A stretch of 64,000 nt of DNA from Armatimonadota bacterium (GTDB taxonomy: Bacteria; Armatimonadota; UBA5829; DTLH01): the NCBI GenBank assembly GCA_038207085.1, contig JBBRAE010000008.1:32001-96000 (forward strand), in the 5' to 3' direction. The notes beneath the pieces are model-generated. The model saw only the letters and a program-made list of their open reading frames with translations, was not told where the DNA came from and did not search any database. The first letter of the stretch is position 1. Each line of letters begins with the position of its first letter. Shown piece after piece: positions 1 to 9,570 of this stretch. Position numbers and translations under genes: made by a program.

Positions 1-1
1 G

Positions 2-1018
2 ATCGCCGCGCTTTCGATCGCATTTGCACGAATGACGCGCAAACATCCCTATATCGGGATGGGGTGGGTGTTCTTTATCTTTACGCTCCTGCCTGTGATC
101 GGACTTTTCGTGCAGGTCGGCGAGCAGGGGATGGCGGACCGATACACCTACGTGCCGTACATCGGGCTCTTTATCATGATCGCCTGGGGAGTGCCGGAGC
201 TCCTTGCGAGAATGCCTGATCGGAAGCGCGCGCAGACACTTGGCGCGCTTGCGGGCGTGGTAATCCTCGCGCTTGCGGCAGGGACCTATCATCAAGTCGG
301 ATACTGGAAGGACACCGGCACACTTTTCAGGCATACGATCGCAGTCACGCCGCCGAATATCACCGCAGAGATCAACCTCGGGGCCTGGCTTGAGGATCCG
401 GAGCGGGGCAAGCGGCCGGAGGCGATCGAGCACTACAAGGCGGCCCTTGACGTGAACCCAAACCATGTGAGGTCGCTCAACCTGCTCGCAACGGCTTATG
501 CTCGGGATCAGAGGTATCAGGAAGCCGTCGATATCTATCAGAAGGCGCTCTCCCTCTCCGATGACCTCAACGTGACCAACAATATCGGGCTCACGCTAAA
601 CGAAATGGGCAAACCCAAGGACGCGATCCCTTATCTTGAGAAGGTAATTGCACTGAAGCCGGACTTCTTTGCAGCCTATAATAATCTCGGGAACTCCTAT
701 AGAATGCTTGGTCAGTATGATAAAGCAGTAGAGCTGTTTGATCAGGCTATTGGCATCAACCCGTCGCTCGGACATTCCTACGCAAACCGAGGGCTTGTGC
801 GCGTGCTGCAGGGAAGGTTCGACGAGGCTTTGGCCGACTATGCCGAAGCCCTGAGGGTCGACCCGAACCTCGGCTACGTGCATACGAGAATGGGCGCGGC
901 GTACTACTTCATGAAACGCTACCCAGAAGCGCTCGAAGAACTCCGACAGGGTGCGGATATGGGTGTTGAACCTGACCCGGCACTTCTGGCTGACCTCAAG
1001 GCCAGGCTCGGGCAGTGA
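2..1018 (+). CDS. TMTC-like membrane protein (putative GT-C protein O-mannosyltransferase) with C-terminal TPRs; 5' end lies outside the window
   Basis: Frame is open from the window start; hydrophobic segments with the 'ADRYTYVPYIG' and 'WKDTGTLFRHTIAV' motifs typical of TMTC-like proteins, followed by several TPR repeats. Confidence 0.75.
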   Translation: MAALSIAFARMTRKHPYIGMGWVFFIFTLLPVIGLFVQVGEQGMADRYTYVPYIGLFIMIAWGVPELLARMPDRKRAQTLGALAGVVILALAAGTYHQVGYWKDTGTLFRHTIAVTPPNITAEINLGAWLEDPERGKRPEAIEHYKAALDVNPNHVRSLNLLATAYARDQRYQEAVDIYQKALSLSDDLNVTNNIGLTLNEMGKPKDAIPYLEKVIALKPDFFAAYNNLGNSYRMLGQYDKAVELFDQAIGINPSLGHSYANRGLVRVLQGRFDEALADYAEALRVDPNLGYVHTRMGAAYYFMKRYPEALEELRQGADMGVEPDPALLADLKARLGQ

Positions 1019-1061
1019 TAGGCGAAGACGGCCTCAGCCGTTGACATTTTGACAGTGCAGG

Positions 1062-1102
1062 CTAGCGAGAGCTTTATTCGTTTCACTAATAAAGCTGGCT
1101 AG
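1062..1102. repeat. YTAR-flanked palindromic repeat, type B unit
   Basis: CTAG-CGAGAGCTTTATTCGTTTCACTAATAAAGCTGG-CTAG; related to the copies at 12019, 15687, 37475 and 56755. Confidence 0.85.
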
Positions 1103-1139
1103 AAATTACTCAGCAATGTCCATTAAAGGAGAATCTGCT

Positions 1140-4100
1140 ATGCTAAAGCGCGTTCCGATCTACGCGTTCATCGTTTTGTTGTTGGCCAGCCTGGTGACAA
1201 CAGCTGTTGCTCAGGAGAAGAAAGCTCCGACTCCGCCCAAGAAAGACCCGGCGATGGTCCACTTCCAGAAGGCCATCGAGGCTCACAAGGCGAAGAAGCT
1301 GGACGACGCCATGCGTGAGTACAAGGAAGTTGCGAAGCTCAAGCCTTCGTTCTCCGTCGTGTACTTCAATATGGCAGCGATCCATATGCAGAGAAACGAG
1401 CTCGACGCGGCTATTCCGCTGCTTCTTAAAGTGGAAAAGTTAGAGCCGAAGAACTCCGAAGTTCCTGTTCAGCTCGTACGTATCTATTTCTCCAAAAAGC
1501 AGATGGAGCAAGCCGCCGCGCAGGCTAAAATTGCGGTTGGGCTGAAGAGCAAGGACCCCGTAGCCTACTATGTGTTGGGCATGCAGGCGTTCGAGAAGAA
1601 AAATTACGCTTCGGCTGCATCGAACCTGCGCCGGGTCGTCGATCTCAACCCCACGGACTCACAGGTGCGCTTCAATCTCGCCTATTCCTACATGCAGACC
1701 GGCAAATACGCGCTTGCTCTTAAAGAGTGCGAGAAGCTGACGGCGAAAGACCCCGACAATCTCCAATACCGTCAGATGGCCGCCGAGGCCGCGCGGCTTT
1801 CCAAGAACACCAAGGCCGCTGTGAAGCAGTACGAGGCGATAGCCAAGTTTGATCCCAAAGACACCACTGCGCTTGTCGCCCTTGCCAAGCATTACGAGCA
1901 GACCGGCGACATTAAGAAGTCCAAATCGACTTTCGAGCGGCTTCTCAAGATAAGCAAGCCCGGAAGCGAAGTGGAGTATATCGCAATATTCAACCTCGGA
2001 CGCCTCGCATTCGAGGAGCGACAGTTCAACGTCGCCAAGACGTACTTTGCCAAGGCTTGCGTGCTTCATCCCAAGGATATCAGTGCGAAGCTGAACCTCG
2101 GGCTTGCCGAAACTCAGCTCAAACAGTATGATCTTGCGCTCAAGCACTTCAATGCGGCGCTTGCGATCAACCCCAAACACAGGGGAGCGCTGCTTGGTAT
2201 AGCTGGTATCTACGAAGAGAAGAAAGATTACGAAAACTGCCGCAAATACCTAGGCAAGCTTGCTGCGTATTATCCCAAGGAGTCGCAGTATCTGGTTCAG
2301 ACCGCGTTCGTCTATCTTGAAGAGAACAATACTGACGACGCTGAGAAGACCCTTAAAGACGTTCTCGCCAAGTTCCCGAACGACGTTGCGGCGATGTCCG
2401 GGCTCGCGGATATCTACACCCGTGGACGCAAATATGAGGACGCGATCAAGCAGTGGGAAGCCGTCGGCAAGCTTCCGGCTTCGGCAGTCAGAGCTTCCGG
2501 CGTGCCGGTCCCTGACTACAGGGAGATGATCGCCCAGGTCCATACTCAGGAAAACAGGCACGACAAGGCAGCCGAGCGCTACAAAGACATTCTAAAGGGC
2601 GACCCGGACAACAGTCGAATCCTCGCCGCGCTTGCCGAGTCCTACAGCCGTGGCGGCTTCGCTCAGGAGTCGATCAACACCTGGAGGCAGGTGGAAAAGC
2701 TGAACCCGGATATGGTTGAGCCCTATTTGAGTATTGCCAGGGTCATTCGCACAAACGAGAGGATGTCCCAGGACACCCGCCTCGCAGGCGCAGCAAAGGA
2801 GCTCGAAGGCATCAAGCCGAAGTTCCCGAAGAGCAGGGCGCTTCTTGAGGTGCTTGCCGACATCTACGCCGAGCAGAAGCAGTATGACAAGGCGATCGCC
2901 GCCTGGCAGGAGATCGACACAAAGAAGCTCGCTTCAGAGGGTATGAAGGCGTCCGAGCCGACCGACCGCATAGCCGACCTTCTGGCCGACAAGGGGGACA
3001 TCAATGCCGCGCTCGGCAAATATGACCCGATGATAACCAAGAACTCGAAAGACCCCGTTCCCTATAAGGGCAAGGCGAGGATCTATCTTCGGGACAAGAA
3101 ATATGACGACGCAGTCGCCCAGTGGGAGATGGTAAAGAGCCTCGACCCCAAGAAGATCGATGCCTATCAGCAGATCGCCAATATCTACCGCATGCAGGCC
3201 TTCGAGAAGAAGGAACTCTTCGACAAGGCAATCGGCCAGTACAAAGAGTTCCTCGGGAAAGCTCCCGGCGACGAAGACAAGAAGATGGCTATGTGGCAGA
3301 TGGCGGGCGTATATCACGACGCCAAACGCTACGATGAGACCATCGCCGAGCTTCGCGAGATCGCAGCCGCGTTCCCCAAAGACGCGAAGATGATGAACAT
3401 TACCGACAACATCGCTCGGATCTACTCCACGCAGGGGAAATATGATCTTGCGATTGATGAATACGTCAAAGCCCTCAAGGCTGATCCCAAGGACTCAAAC
3501 GCTTTAACGGGGCTGACACAAGTCTATGGCGAGAAGAAGGATCCCACGCTTGGGGAGCCGGAAGTCGCCGCGCTTCGCAAGCTGATCGAAATCTGCCCGG
3601 ATAACGTCGAGGTGAAAGTCGACGCTTACAGGCAGATAGCGAACTTGTTCTTGAAGAAAGATCAGGACGAGGCGGCATCAAAGGAGTTTGTCGAGGTCGT
3701 CAAGCTTCGCCCCGGGGACGTCAGCACGATCCTCCAGCTCGCGCGGCTTTATGAAAAGCTCGGCAAGAAACCTGAGGCATACGAGCAGTATCGCGCGGCT
3801 GCCAAGTTCAGACCGCTATTTAGAGTGGAGTCCGCCCGTATGCTCGTGGAGCAGGGCAAGGTGGCAGAGGCGAAAGCCGAGCTTGAGGACGCTATCAAGA
3901 CCGATCCCAAGAACGGCAGGACGCACAGCTCACTCGGCAAGATCTATGAGAACGAAGGCAAGACCGACCTCGCCGTGATCGAGTATAAGGCGGCGATCAC
4001 ACTCGACCCGACGATCTTCGACGCGACGTTCGGCCTGATGAAGATCTACGAGAAACAGGGCAAGCTTGACGAGGCCGCGAAGCTTCAGCGCAAGCTTATT

Positions 4101-5030
4101 GAGAATAACCCGAACAACACGAGCCCGACCGACCTGATGCGCGCGCTTGAGAAGGCTGGCAAGATCGAAGAGGCTTCCAAAGAGTATCGGTCACAGATCG
4201 AGAAGAACCCGAAACTTGTCGCGCAGCTCCGCGCTGAGTGGTCGAGGATGCTCCTGCGCCACGATCGGCTGGAGTCGGCGCTTGCGGTCTATCAGGATAT
4301 GATGAAGGATGAAGTCACCAAGTGGGACGGCATCCGCGGGACCGGCGACGTCTATGCCAAACAGGGCAAAGACGCGCAGGCGATCAGCGCTTACAAGCAG
4401 GTGCTCGGCAAGTATCCGTCCTACCCGGACGTGATCGACCGGCTCGAAGCTATCTACGTCGCACAGGGCAAGCGTAACGAGTTCCTAAGCTACATGAAAG
4501 ACCTCGTCAGGACTTCCCAGACGAGCGCTCCCTACGACTTCATGATGGCGAAGTTCAAGTCCGCCGATAGGGCAAGCGAGGGGCTTTCTTACCTTGAGAG
4601 CCTGCAGACCGAGCGCCCGAACGACGACAACCTGAAGGTATGCATCGCCCGCTGGTATGCCGATGGCGGCAACCTGGCAAAGGCGATCGATATCTACGAG
4701 AAGCTGATCGCGACATCCACGCAGGACCCGGGCGTCGGCGTCCGACAGACGCTTGCGATGTTCTACGAGAAGGCCGGGGACAGTGCCAAGGCCATGGTCG
4801 AATACGGCAAATGCGTCGACCAGAGCGGCTCCCCTGAGCTTCGCATGAAGTATGCGGCGCTTCTTGAGAAGTCGGGTAAGAACGACGACGCGCTCATTCA
4901 GTATAAGAAGGTCCTCCAGATGGACCCCACGAACGAAGAGGCCACCCGCGGGATGAAGAGGATCGACCCGAATGCGGTCGCTCCGGCCCCCGAGCCCATG
5001 CCCGGCCAGATGGGCAACATGTCGCGTTAG
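1140..5030 (+). CDS. Giant exported tetratricopeptide-repeat protein (~1300 aa)
   Basis: AAGGAG RBS before ATG at 1140; signal peptide (MLKRVPIYAFIVLLLASLVTTAVA); TPR-like helical repeats along the whole length. Confidence 0.85.
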   Translation: MLKRVPIYAFIVLLLASLVTTAVAQEKKAPTPPKKDPAMVHFQKAIEAHKAKKLDDAMREYKEVAKLKPSFSVVYFNMAAIHMQRNELDAAIPLLLKVEKLEPKNSEVPVQLVRIYFSKKQMEQAAAQAKIAVGLKSKDPVAYYVLGMQAFEKKNYASAASNLRRVVDLNPTDSQVRFNLAYSYMQTGKYALALKECEKLTAKDPDNLQYRQMAAEAARLSKNTKAAVKQYEAIAKFDPKDTTALVALAKHYEQTGDIKKSKSTFERLLKISKPGSEVEYIAIFNLGRLAFEERQFNVAKTYFAKACVLHPKDISAKLNLGLAETQLKQYDLALKHFNAALAINPKHRGALLGIAGIYEEKKDYENCRKYLGKLAAYYPKESQYLVQTAFVYLEENNTDDAEKTLKDVLAKFPNDVAAMSGLADIYTRGRKYEDAIKQWEAVGKLPASAVRASGVPVPDYREMIAQVHTQENRHDKAAERYKDILKGDPDNSRILAALAESYSRGGFAQESINTWRQVEKLNPDMVEPYLSIARVIRTNERMSQDTRLAGAAKELEGIKPKFPKSRALLEVLADIYAEQKQYDKAIAAWQEIDTKKLASEGMKASEPTDRIADLLADKGDINAALGKYDPMITKNSKDPVPYKGKARIYLRDKKYDDAVAQWEMVKSLDPKKIDAYQQIANIYRMQAFEKKELFDKAIGQYKEFLGKAPGDEDKKMAMWQMAGVYHDAKRYDETIAELREIAAAFPKDAKMMNITDNIARIYSTQGKYDLAIDEYVKALKADPKDSNALTGLTQVYGEKKDPTLGEPEVAALRKLIEICPDNVEVKVDAYRQIANLFLKKDQDEAASKEFVEVVKLRPGDVSTILQLARLYEKLGKKPEAYEQYRAAAKFRPLFRVESARMLVEQGKVAEAKAELEDAIKTDPKNGRTHSSLGKIYENEGKTDLAVIEYKAAITLDPTIFDATFGLMKIYEKQGKLDEAAKLQRKLIENNPNNTSPTDLMRALEKAGKIEEASKEYRSQIEKNPKLVAQLRAEWSRMLLRHDRLESALAVYQDMMKDEVTKWDGIRGTGDVYAKQGKDAQAISAYKQVLGKYPSYPDVIDRLEAIYVAQGKRNEFLSYMKDLVRTSQTSAPYDFMMAKFKSADRASEGLSYLESLQTERPNDDNLKVCIARWYADGGNLAKAIDIYEKLIATSTQDPGVGVRQTLAMFYEKAGDSAKAMVEYGKCVDQSGSPELRMKYAALLEKSGKNDDALIQYKKVLQMDPTNEEATRGMKRIDPNAVAPAPEPMPGQMGNMSR

Positions 5031-5069
5031 CCCGCATTATTCACGCTACTCGTGAATAATGCGGGTTAG
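5027..5069. repeat. YTAR-flanked palindromic repeat, type A unit, on the stop codon of the TPR gene
   Basis: TTAG-CCCGCATTATTCACG-CTACT-CGTGAATAATGCGGG-TTAG; perfect 15-bp stem. Confidence 0.9.
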
Positions 5070-5093
5070 TTCAAAGAGACATAGCAGACACCC

Positions 5094-5132
5094 AAGCCCG
5101 CTCTCAATATTCTTTGAGAGCGGGCTTTTTTT
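5094..5132 (+). terminator. Rho-independent terminator
   Basis: AAGCCCGCTCTCAA...TTGAGAGCGGGCTT stem followed by a T-run. Confidence 0.85.
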
Positions 5133-5234
5133 ATTGAAGTATCCTCCCAACCAAGCGGTCTAAGCATATAGAACGGCGCGAATGGACCACAACGGTCGGA
5201 ACGGGTTCGCGCTTGTGAAAGGGGATATTTCAAG

Positions 5235-7625
5235 ATGAAGTTTCGATTGTTTCTGGTTATGATGCTCGCGCTCATCGCGGTTGCGGCGGTGGGGCTTGTT
5301 GTCCAGTCGGTGAGCGCCGACTCAAACCGCGTCGCGCTGAAGCACAGGCTGATGCCTGCGAGCAAAGTCACGGGCGGACAGCTTCAGGTCGTCGGGAAAG
5401 ACGGGAAGCAGCTTGGGCAGTGCCCGCTTGAGCATACGACGGTCAAGGCCGAGGCGGCGGGGTTTGTCGCCCGGGTGGACGTGACGCAGGAGTTCACAAA
5501 CCCACTTGATGAGCCGATCGAAGCCGTTTATGTCTTCCCGCTGCCCTCGGACTGCGCCGTTGATGCGATGGAGATGACCGTCGGCGACAGGGTGATCACG
5601 GGGACGGTCAAGCGCCGCGAAGAGGCGAAGCAGATCTACGAGGCTGCCCGCAGAGAGGGCAAAGTTGCGAGTTTGCTCGACCAGGAACGGCCGAACATCT
5701 TCACCCAGTCGGTCGCAAACATCATGCCCGGTGCGCGCGTCAAGATCAAGATCAGCTATGTCGACGTGCTGAAGTATGAGGACGGGCTCTACGAGTTCAG
5801 CTTCCCGATGGTCGTCGGGCCGCGCTACATGCCAGGCGGCGATCAGGTGCCGGACGCAGGGAGTATCACCCCGCCCATCACTCCTGAAGGCACTCGTGCG
5901 GGGCACGACATATCAATCGACCTTGATATCAACGCTGGGGTGCCGATCGGTGAGATCAAGAGCGTCCTACATGAAGTTAAAGTCGATCGATCTGCTGACA
6001 CCGAGGCGCGCGTGACGCTGAGGGACGAGTCGACGATCCCTAACAAAGACTTTATCGTCCGCTACAGGGTCGCAGGCGAGAGCGTCCGCACCGGCTTTCT
6101 TCCCAACACTCGGAGCGCGGGCGACGGTTACTTTGGCATGATCCTCGTGCCGCCGAAGTCGCCGACGCCGGAGCAGATCGCGCCCAGGGAGATGATATTC
6201 GTCATCGATTCATCGGGTTCGCAGCAGGGGTGGCCGATCGAGAAGGCCAAGGAGACGATGAAGCTCTGCATCGAGAAGATGAACCCCGGCGACACATTCA
6301 ACGTCATGTCGTTCTCAAATGAGGTGAACCCGCTGTTCTCCTCGCCGCAGCCGAACACCATCGAGAACAGAGCATTCGCGACTGAGTTCCTCGCGTCGAG
6401 TCTTGGAAACGGCGGAACGGAGATGATGAAAGCCATCGACGCCTGCCTCACGCCACAGCCAGACCCCAAACGCCTGCGGGTGATATGCTTTATGACCGAC
6501 GGTTACGTCGGAGATGACTTTGCAATTCTCGACACCATCAAAAAGAAGATCGGTAACGCCCGGCTGTTCTCATTCGGGATCGGCAACGGCGTGAATCGGT
6601 TTCTGCTCGACGGTATGGCTCGGATGGGCCGGGGAGCGGTCGAATACGTCACTCTGCAGGAAGAAGGCAAGGGCGCAGCGGAGCGATTCTATGAGCGAAT
6701 CGGCAAACCGGTGCTGACCGATATTTCGATCGACTGGAACGGTCTGCCCGTATACGACACCTATCCGAATCAGATTCCTGACCTCTTCAGCGCCCAGCCG
6801 GTCATAATCAAAGGCCGCTACGACAAGCCGATGAGCGGGACGGTGATCATCCACGGCAGGCTTGGCGGCAGACCGTGGGAGGAGCGCATTAAGGTTTCGC
6901 TTCCGGGGCACGAGGAAGAGAATGGGGCGCTCCCGGCGCTTTGGGCCAGGGCCAGGATAGGCGACCTGATGGCGCTCGACTACGAAGGCACCCAGCGGGG
7001 GAAGACCGACCCCAAGATCAAAGAAGACATCATCGCCACCGCGCTCAGCTATCAATTGATGAGCCAGTTCACCTCGTTTGTCGCAGTCGAGGAGAAGGTG
7101 GTGAACGAAGGCGGCGTGCAGAAGAAGGTGGCGGTGCCGGTCGAGATGTCCGATGGGGTGAGCTATGAAGGTATCTTTGGCGACAAGGCAGAGGCGGGCC
7201 AGGCCGTCTATTGCAATAGCGTTCCCAGCCCGTCGATGCCCAAGATAATGAGAGTTCCTATGTCGGGCTCCGTGAACGTGGCAGCGACCTCTCCTGCGCC
7301 CTATGTCGAGTGTGACGCCGGCGCCTCCGACGCACTGAAGCCCGTTATTATGAAGCCCCAGCAGATACGAAAGCAGAAGATCGAGACCCGGCTTGCCCCG
7401 TCGCTTCGCAAGCTTGTCGCGAACGGTAAAGTGGGAGACAAGGCGCGGGTGTCGATCAAGATGTCAGCGTTGTCTGAGACAAATCTCGCTCAGCTTCGCG
7501 CACTTGGGGTCAAGATCACGAGCACGAATAAGTCGCTTGTGATGGTGATCGGCTCGGTTCCAGTTGCCAGGCTTGAGGAGCTTGCACTGCTCGACTGCGT
7601 GGTGAAGATCGCGCCTGTCAGGTGA
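5235..7625 (+). CDS. Secreted VIT + von Willebrand A domain protein
   Basis: Signal peptide; VIT motifs (VTQEFTNP..IEAVYVFPLP; LLDQERPNIFTQSVANI); vWA MIDAS 'DSSGS' and 'FMTDG'. Confidence 0.9.
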   Translation: MKFRLFLVMMLALIAVAAVGLVVQSVSADSNRVALKHRLMPASKVTGGQLQVVGKDGKQLGQCPLEHTTVKAEAAGFVARVDVTQEFTNPLDEPIEAVYVFPLPSDCAVDAMEMTVGDRVITGTVKRREEAKQIYEAARREGKVASLLDQERPNIFTQSVANIMPGARVKIKISYVDVLKYEDGLYEFSFPMVVGPRYMPGGDQVPDAGSITPPITPEGTRAGHDISIDLDINAGVPIGEIKSVLHEVKVDRSADTEARVTLRDESTIPNKDFIVRYRVAGESVRTGFLPNTRSAGDGYFGMILVPPKSPTPEQIAPREMIFVIDSSGSQQGWPIEKAKETMKLCIEKMNPGDTFNVMSFSNEVNPLFSSPQPNTIENRAFATEFLASSLGNGGTEMMKAIDACLTPQPDPKRLRVICFMTDGYVGDDFAILDTIKKKIGNARLFSFGIGNGVNRFLLDGMARMGRGAVEYVTLQEEGKGAAERFYERIGKPVLTDISIDWNGLPVYDTYPNQIPDLFSAQPVIIKGRYDKPMSGTVIIHGRLGGRPWEERIKVSLPGHEEENGALPALWARARIGDLMALDYEGTQRGKTDPKIKEDIIATALSYQLMSQFTSFVAVEEKVVNEGGVQKKVAVPVEMSDGVSYEGIFGDKAEAGQAVYCNSVPSPSMPKIMRVPMSGSVNVAATSPAPYVECDAGASDALKPVIMKPQQIRKQKIETRLAPSLRKLVANGKVGDKARVSIKMSALSETNLAQLRALGVKITSTNKSLVMVIGSVPVARLEELALLDCVVKIAPVR

Positions 7626-7632
7626 CCCGGTC

Positions 7633-7708
7633 GGGCGGACACATTCGTCCGCCCTCTTGCACCATCTGCATGAGCCCGAAATGGGCGGACACATTGGTCC
7701 GCCCCTAC
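7633..7708 (-). repeat. GTAG-type REP pair between convergent genes
   Basis: GGGCGGACACATT(C/G)GTCCGCCC occurs twice; the minus strand reads GTAG-GGGCGGACCAATGTGTCCGCCC, the REP layout of tetranucleotide plus imperfect hairpin. Confidence 0.75.
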
Positions 7709-9432
7709 AATTTGGGTGAGACGTCTACGGTCTTTTCTCTCTGGTAGGTGACTAACCCCGGTGCTGCTGCCCGGGGTTTTCTCACGTGTTTTCGCAGCGT
7801 ATAATCGACCGGGACCAAGCTCGAGTGCTTGGCGTCGCAGTTCTTGGCGGCGACCATCGCGGCTTCGCGGATCGTTCCCGGCGGGACGGCGTCCGGCCTG
7901 TTGTTCGTGCGTATGACGACGTGCGCGCCGGTGATCTGACGCGCGTGGAGCCATAGGTCATTCGGTTTGGCGACCTTGGTCGTCAGGAAATCGTTGGACG
8001 TGCTGTTTTCGCCGTAAAGTATCTCAAAACCGTCGGATGAGGTCAGCCTGCGGATCTTCGCGCTGCCAAACTCGCTCTCCTCCCGCTTGCCGGGAACCGC
8101 GTGCACCTGCTCGGCTCGAAGGAGGTTCTGCTTGGTCAGGCTAGGTCGAAGCGACTTAACGCCATCGACCGTGGTTGCCCTGGACAGAGTCTCAAGCGCG
8201 GACTGCAGCGTGGCAAGCTCGTCGCGGACGCCGTCGATTCGGTTCACCGCAAGCGCGGAGGCCTCGCGGGTCTTTCGCGCGCGCTGGAACAGACGCTCGG
8301 CGTTTTCTCTTGGAGTCATCTTCTCATCGAGCGGAATCTCGATCTCGGGCATCTCGGGGTCGTAATAATCGATCACCCGCGCGGACTTGTCACCCTTCTC
8401 TATCGTGTGCTGGCTTGCAAGAACGAGCTCGCCGAACTGCTGGAGGCGCTCCGACTTCTTGCCGTCGACGACGGAGGTTTCGAGCCCTTTCAGAGTCTGC
8501 CTGCGGGCTGCGATCGAGCGCTTGATCGCCGTTTCGAGCGAGGCGTACTCGGTGTCGAATGCGTCGCGGCGCGTGAGATCGCGGTAGAGGGTGTCGAGCA
8601 CCTCGTTCATAGAGCTTCGGGGGTGCTGCAGCTTCTCCGGGTGCTGACGCGTGGGCATCGGGTAGGCGTAGATCGACGAACCACGCTCGTTTGTGATGAG
8701 CATCGGGGCAAACTCGCGCGTCCCGACCATCACCCGGATATTTTCAAGCGCGTTCCAGACGGCGTCGGGGGTAGGGGAGCCGGCGCGGAGCATGATCTCC
8801 TCGGCAAGGAACGGCCCAATGCCGCTGAACCCCGCGACGAGGCCGCGTTTGACGTTATCTTCGGTCGCTTCCGTGCCGATACCGTCGCGCCAGAGCGCAT
8901 CATACTCAGCTCTGCTGCAGGAAAGTGGGTCGAGCTTGCTGCCTCCGGGCGGCGGGATATAGTCGCGCCCGGGTAGCACCTGGCGATACCTGCTGACCGC
9001 CGCCGATACGTGCTTGGCCGCGCCGAGGATTTTATCGGTATCTGAGAGCAGTATGAGATTACTGTGCTTGCCCATCAGTTCGAGCACTAGCGTGTTGCGG
9101 TTGCCGTCGGGGGCCTGTGTGTTGATCTTTAGCACCCGGTCGAACCCCGACTGTTCCACCGACCTGATGAATGCGCCGCCCAGGTATTTGCGAAGGAGCA
9201 TGCAGAAGTTGGGAGGCGTCTGCGGCGTCGGTGGCTTTCCCGACGAAAGATGCACGCGCGAAAACCTCGCCGAGACCGACATGAAGAGCAGATAGCTTTC
9301 GTTCCTGCTTCTCACCTCAAAGGTCAGGTCGGAGTCGTCGTGCTGTCGGATATGCTGAATCCGCCCGGTTTCCACAGTTCTTTTAAGCTCCGCGACCACC
9401 GCCGCAAGCACAAGTCCATCGTAGGTCATCAT
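7705..9432 (-). CDS. rqcH: Ribosome quality control factor RqcH (NFACT/FbpA family)
   Basis: 'YDGLVLAAVVAEL', 'PPNFCMLLRKYL', 'FDRVL', 'ELMGKHSNLIL' and a C-terminal NFACT-R domain 'WLHARQITGAHVVI...VPVDYT'. Confidence 0.95.
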   Translation of the reverse strand: MMTYDGLVLAAVVAELKRTVETGRIQHIRQHDDSDLTFEVRSRNESYLLFMSVSARFSRVHLSSGKPPTPQTPPNFCMLLRKYLGGAFIRSVEQSGFDRVLKINTQAPDGNRNTLVLELMGKHSNLILLSDTDKILGAAKHVSAAVSRYRQVLPGRDYIPPPGGSKLDPLSCSRAEYDALWRDGIGTEATEDNVKRGLVAGFSGIGPFLAEEIMLRAGSPTPDAVWNALENIRVMVGTREFAPMLITNERGSSIYAYPMPTRQHPEKLQHPRSSMNEVLDTLYRDLTRRDAFDTEYASLETAIKRSIAARRQTLKGLETSVVDGKKSERLQQFGELVLASQHTIEKGDKSARVIDYYDPEMPEIEIPLDEKMTPRENAERLFQRARKTREASALAVNRIDGVRDELATLQSALETLSRATTVDGVKSLRPSLTKQNLLRAEQVHAVPGKREESEFGSAKIRRLTSSDGFEILYGENSTSNDFLTTKVAKPNDLWLHARQITGAHVVIRTNNRPDAVPPGTIREAAMVAAKNCDAKHSSLVPVDYTLRKHVRKPRAAAPGLVTYQREKTVDVSPKL

Positions 9433-9515
9433 AGTTCGGACATTTTACCACGTTTGGGGGAAGAGTTGGGAGGTAATCTGCGACTGCCTTCCAAGATGCG
9501 TTCACCCAACGAAAC

Positions 9516-9544
9516 TTGACCTCGTCGTGATCAAATGTTATAGT
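9516..9544 (+). promoter_or_regulatory. Sigma70-type promoter of yebC
   Basis: TTGACC-N17-TATAGT with extended TG. Confidence 0.7.
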
Positions 9545-9570
9545 TTATATATACGTGGAGGTGTGCTCAA

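Noticed and set aside
8101..8976. Long antisense ORFs (also 25542-26633, 44889-46007, 60308-61381, 34209-35039)
   Set aside because: They shadow well-supported genes on the opposite strand, as expected at high GC, and show no recognisable motifs
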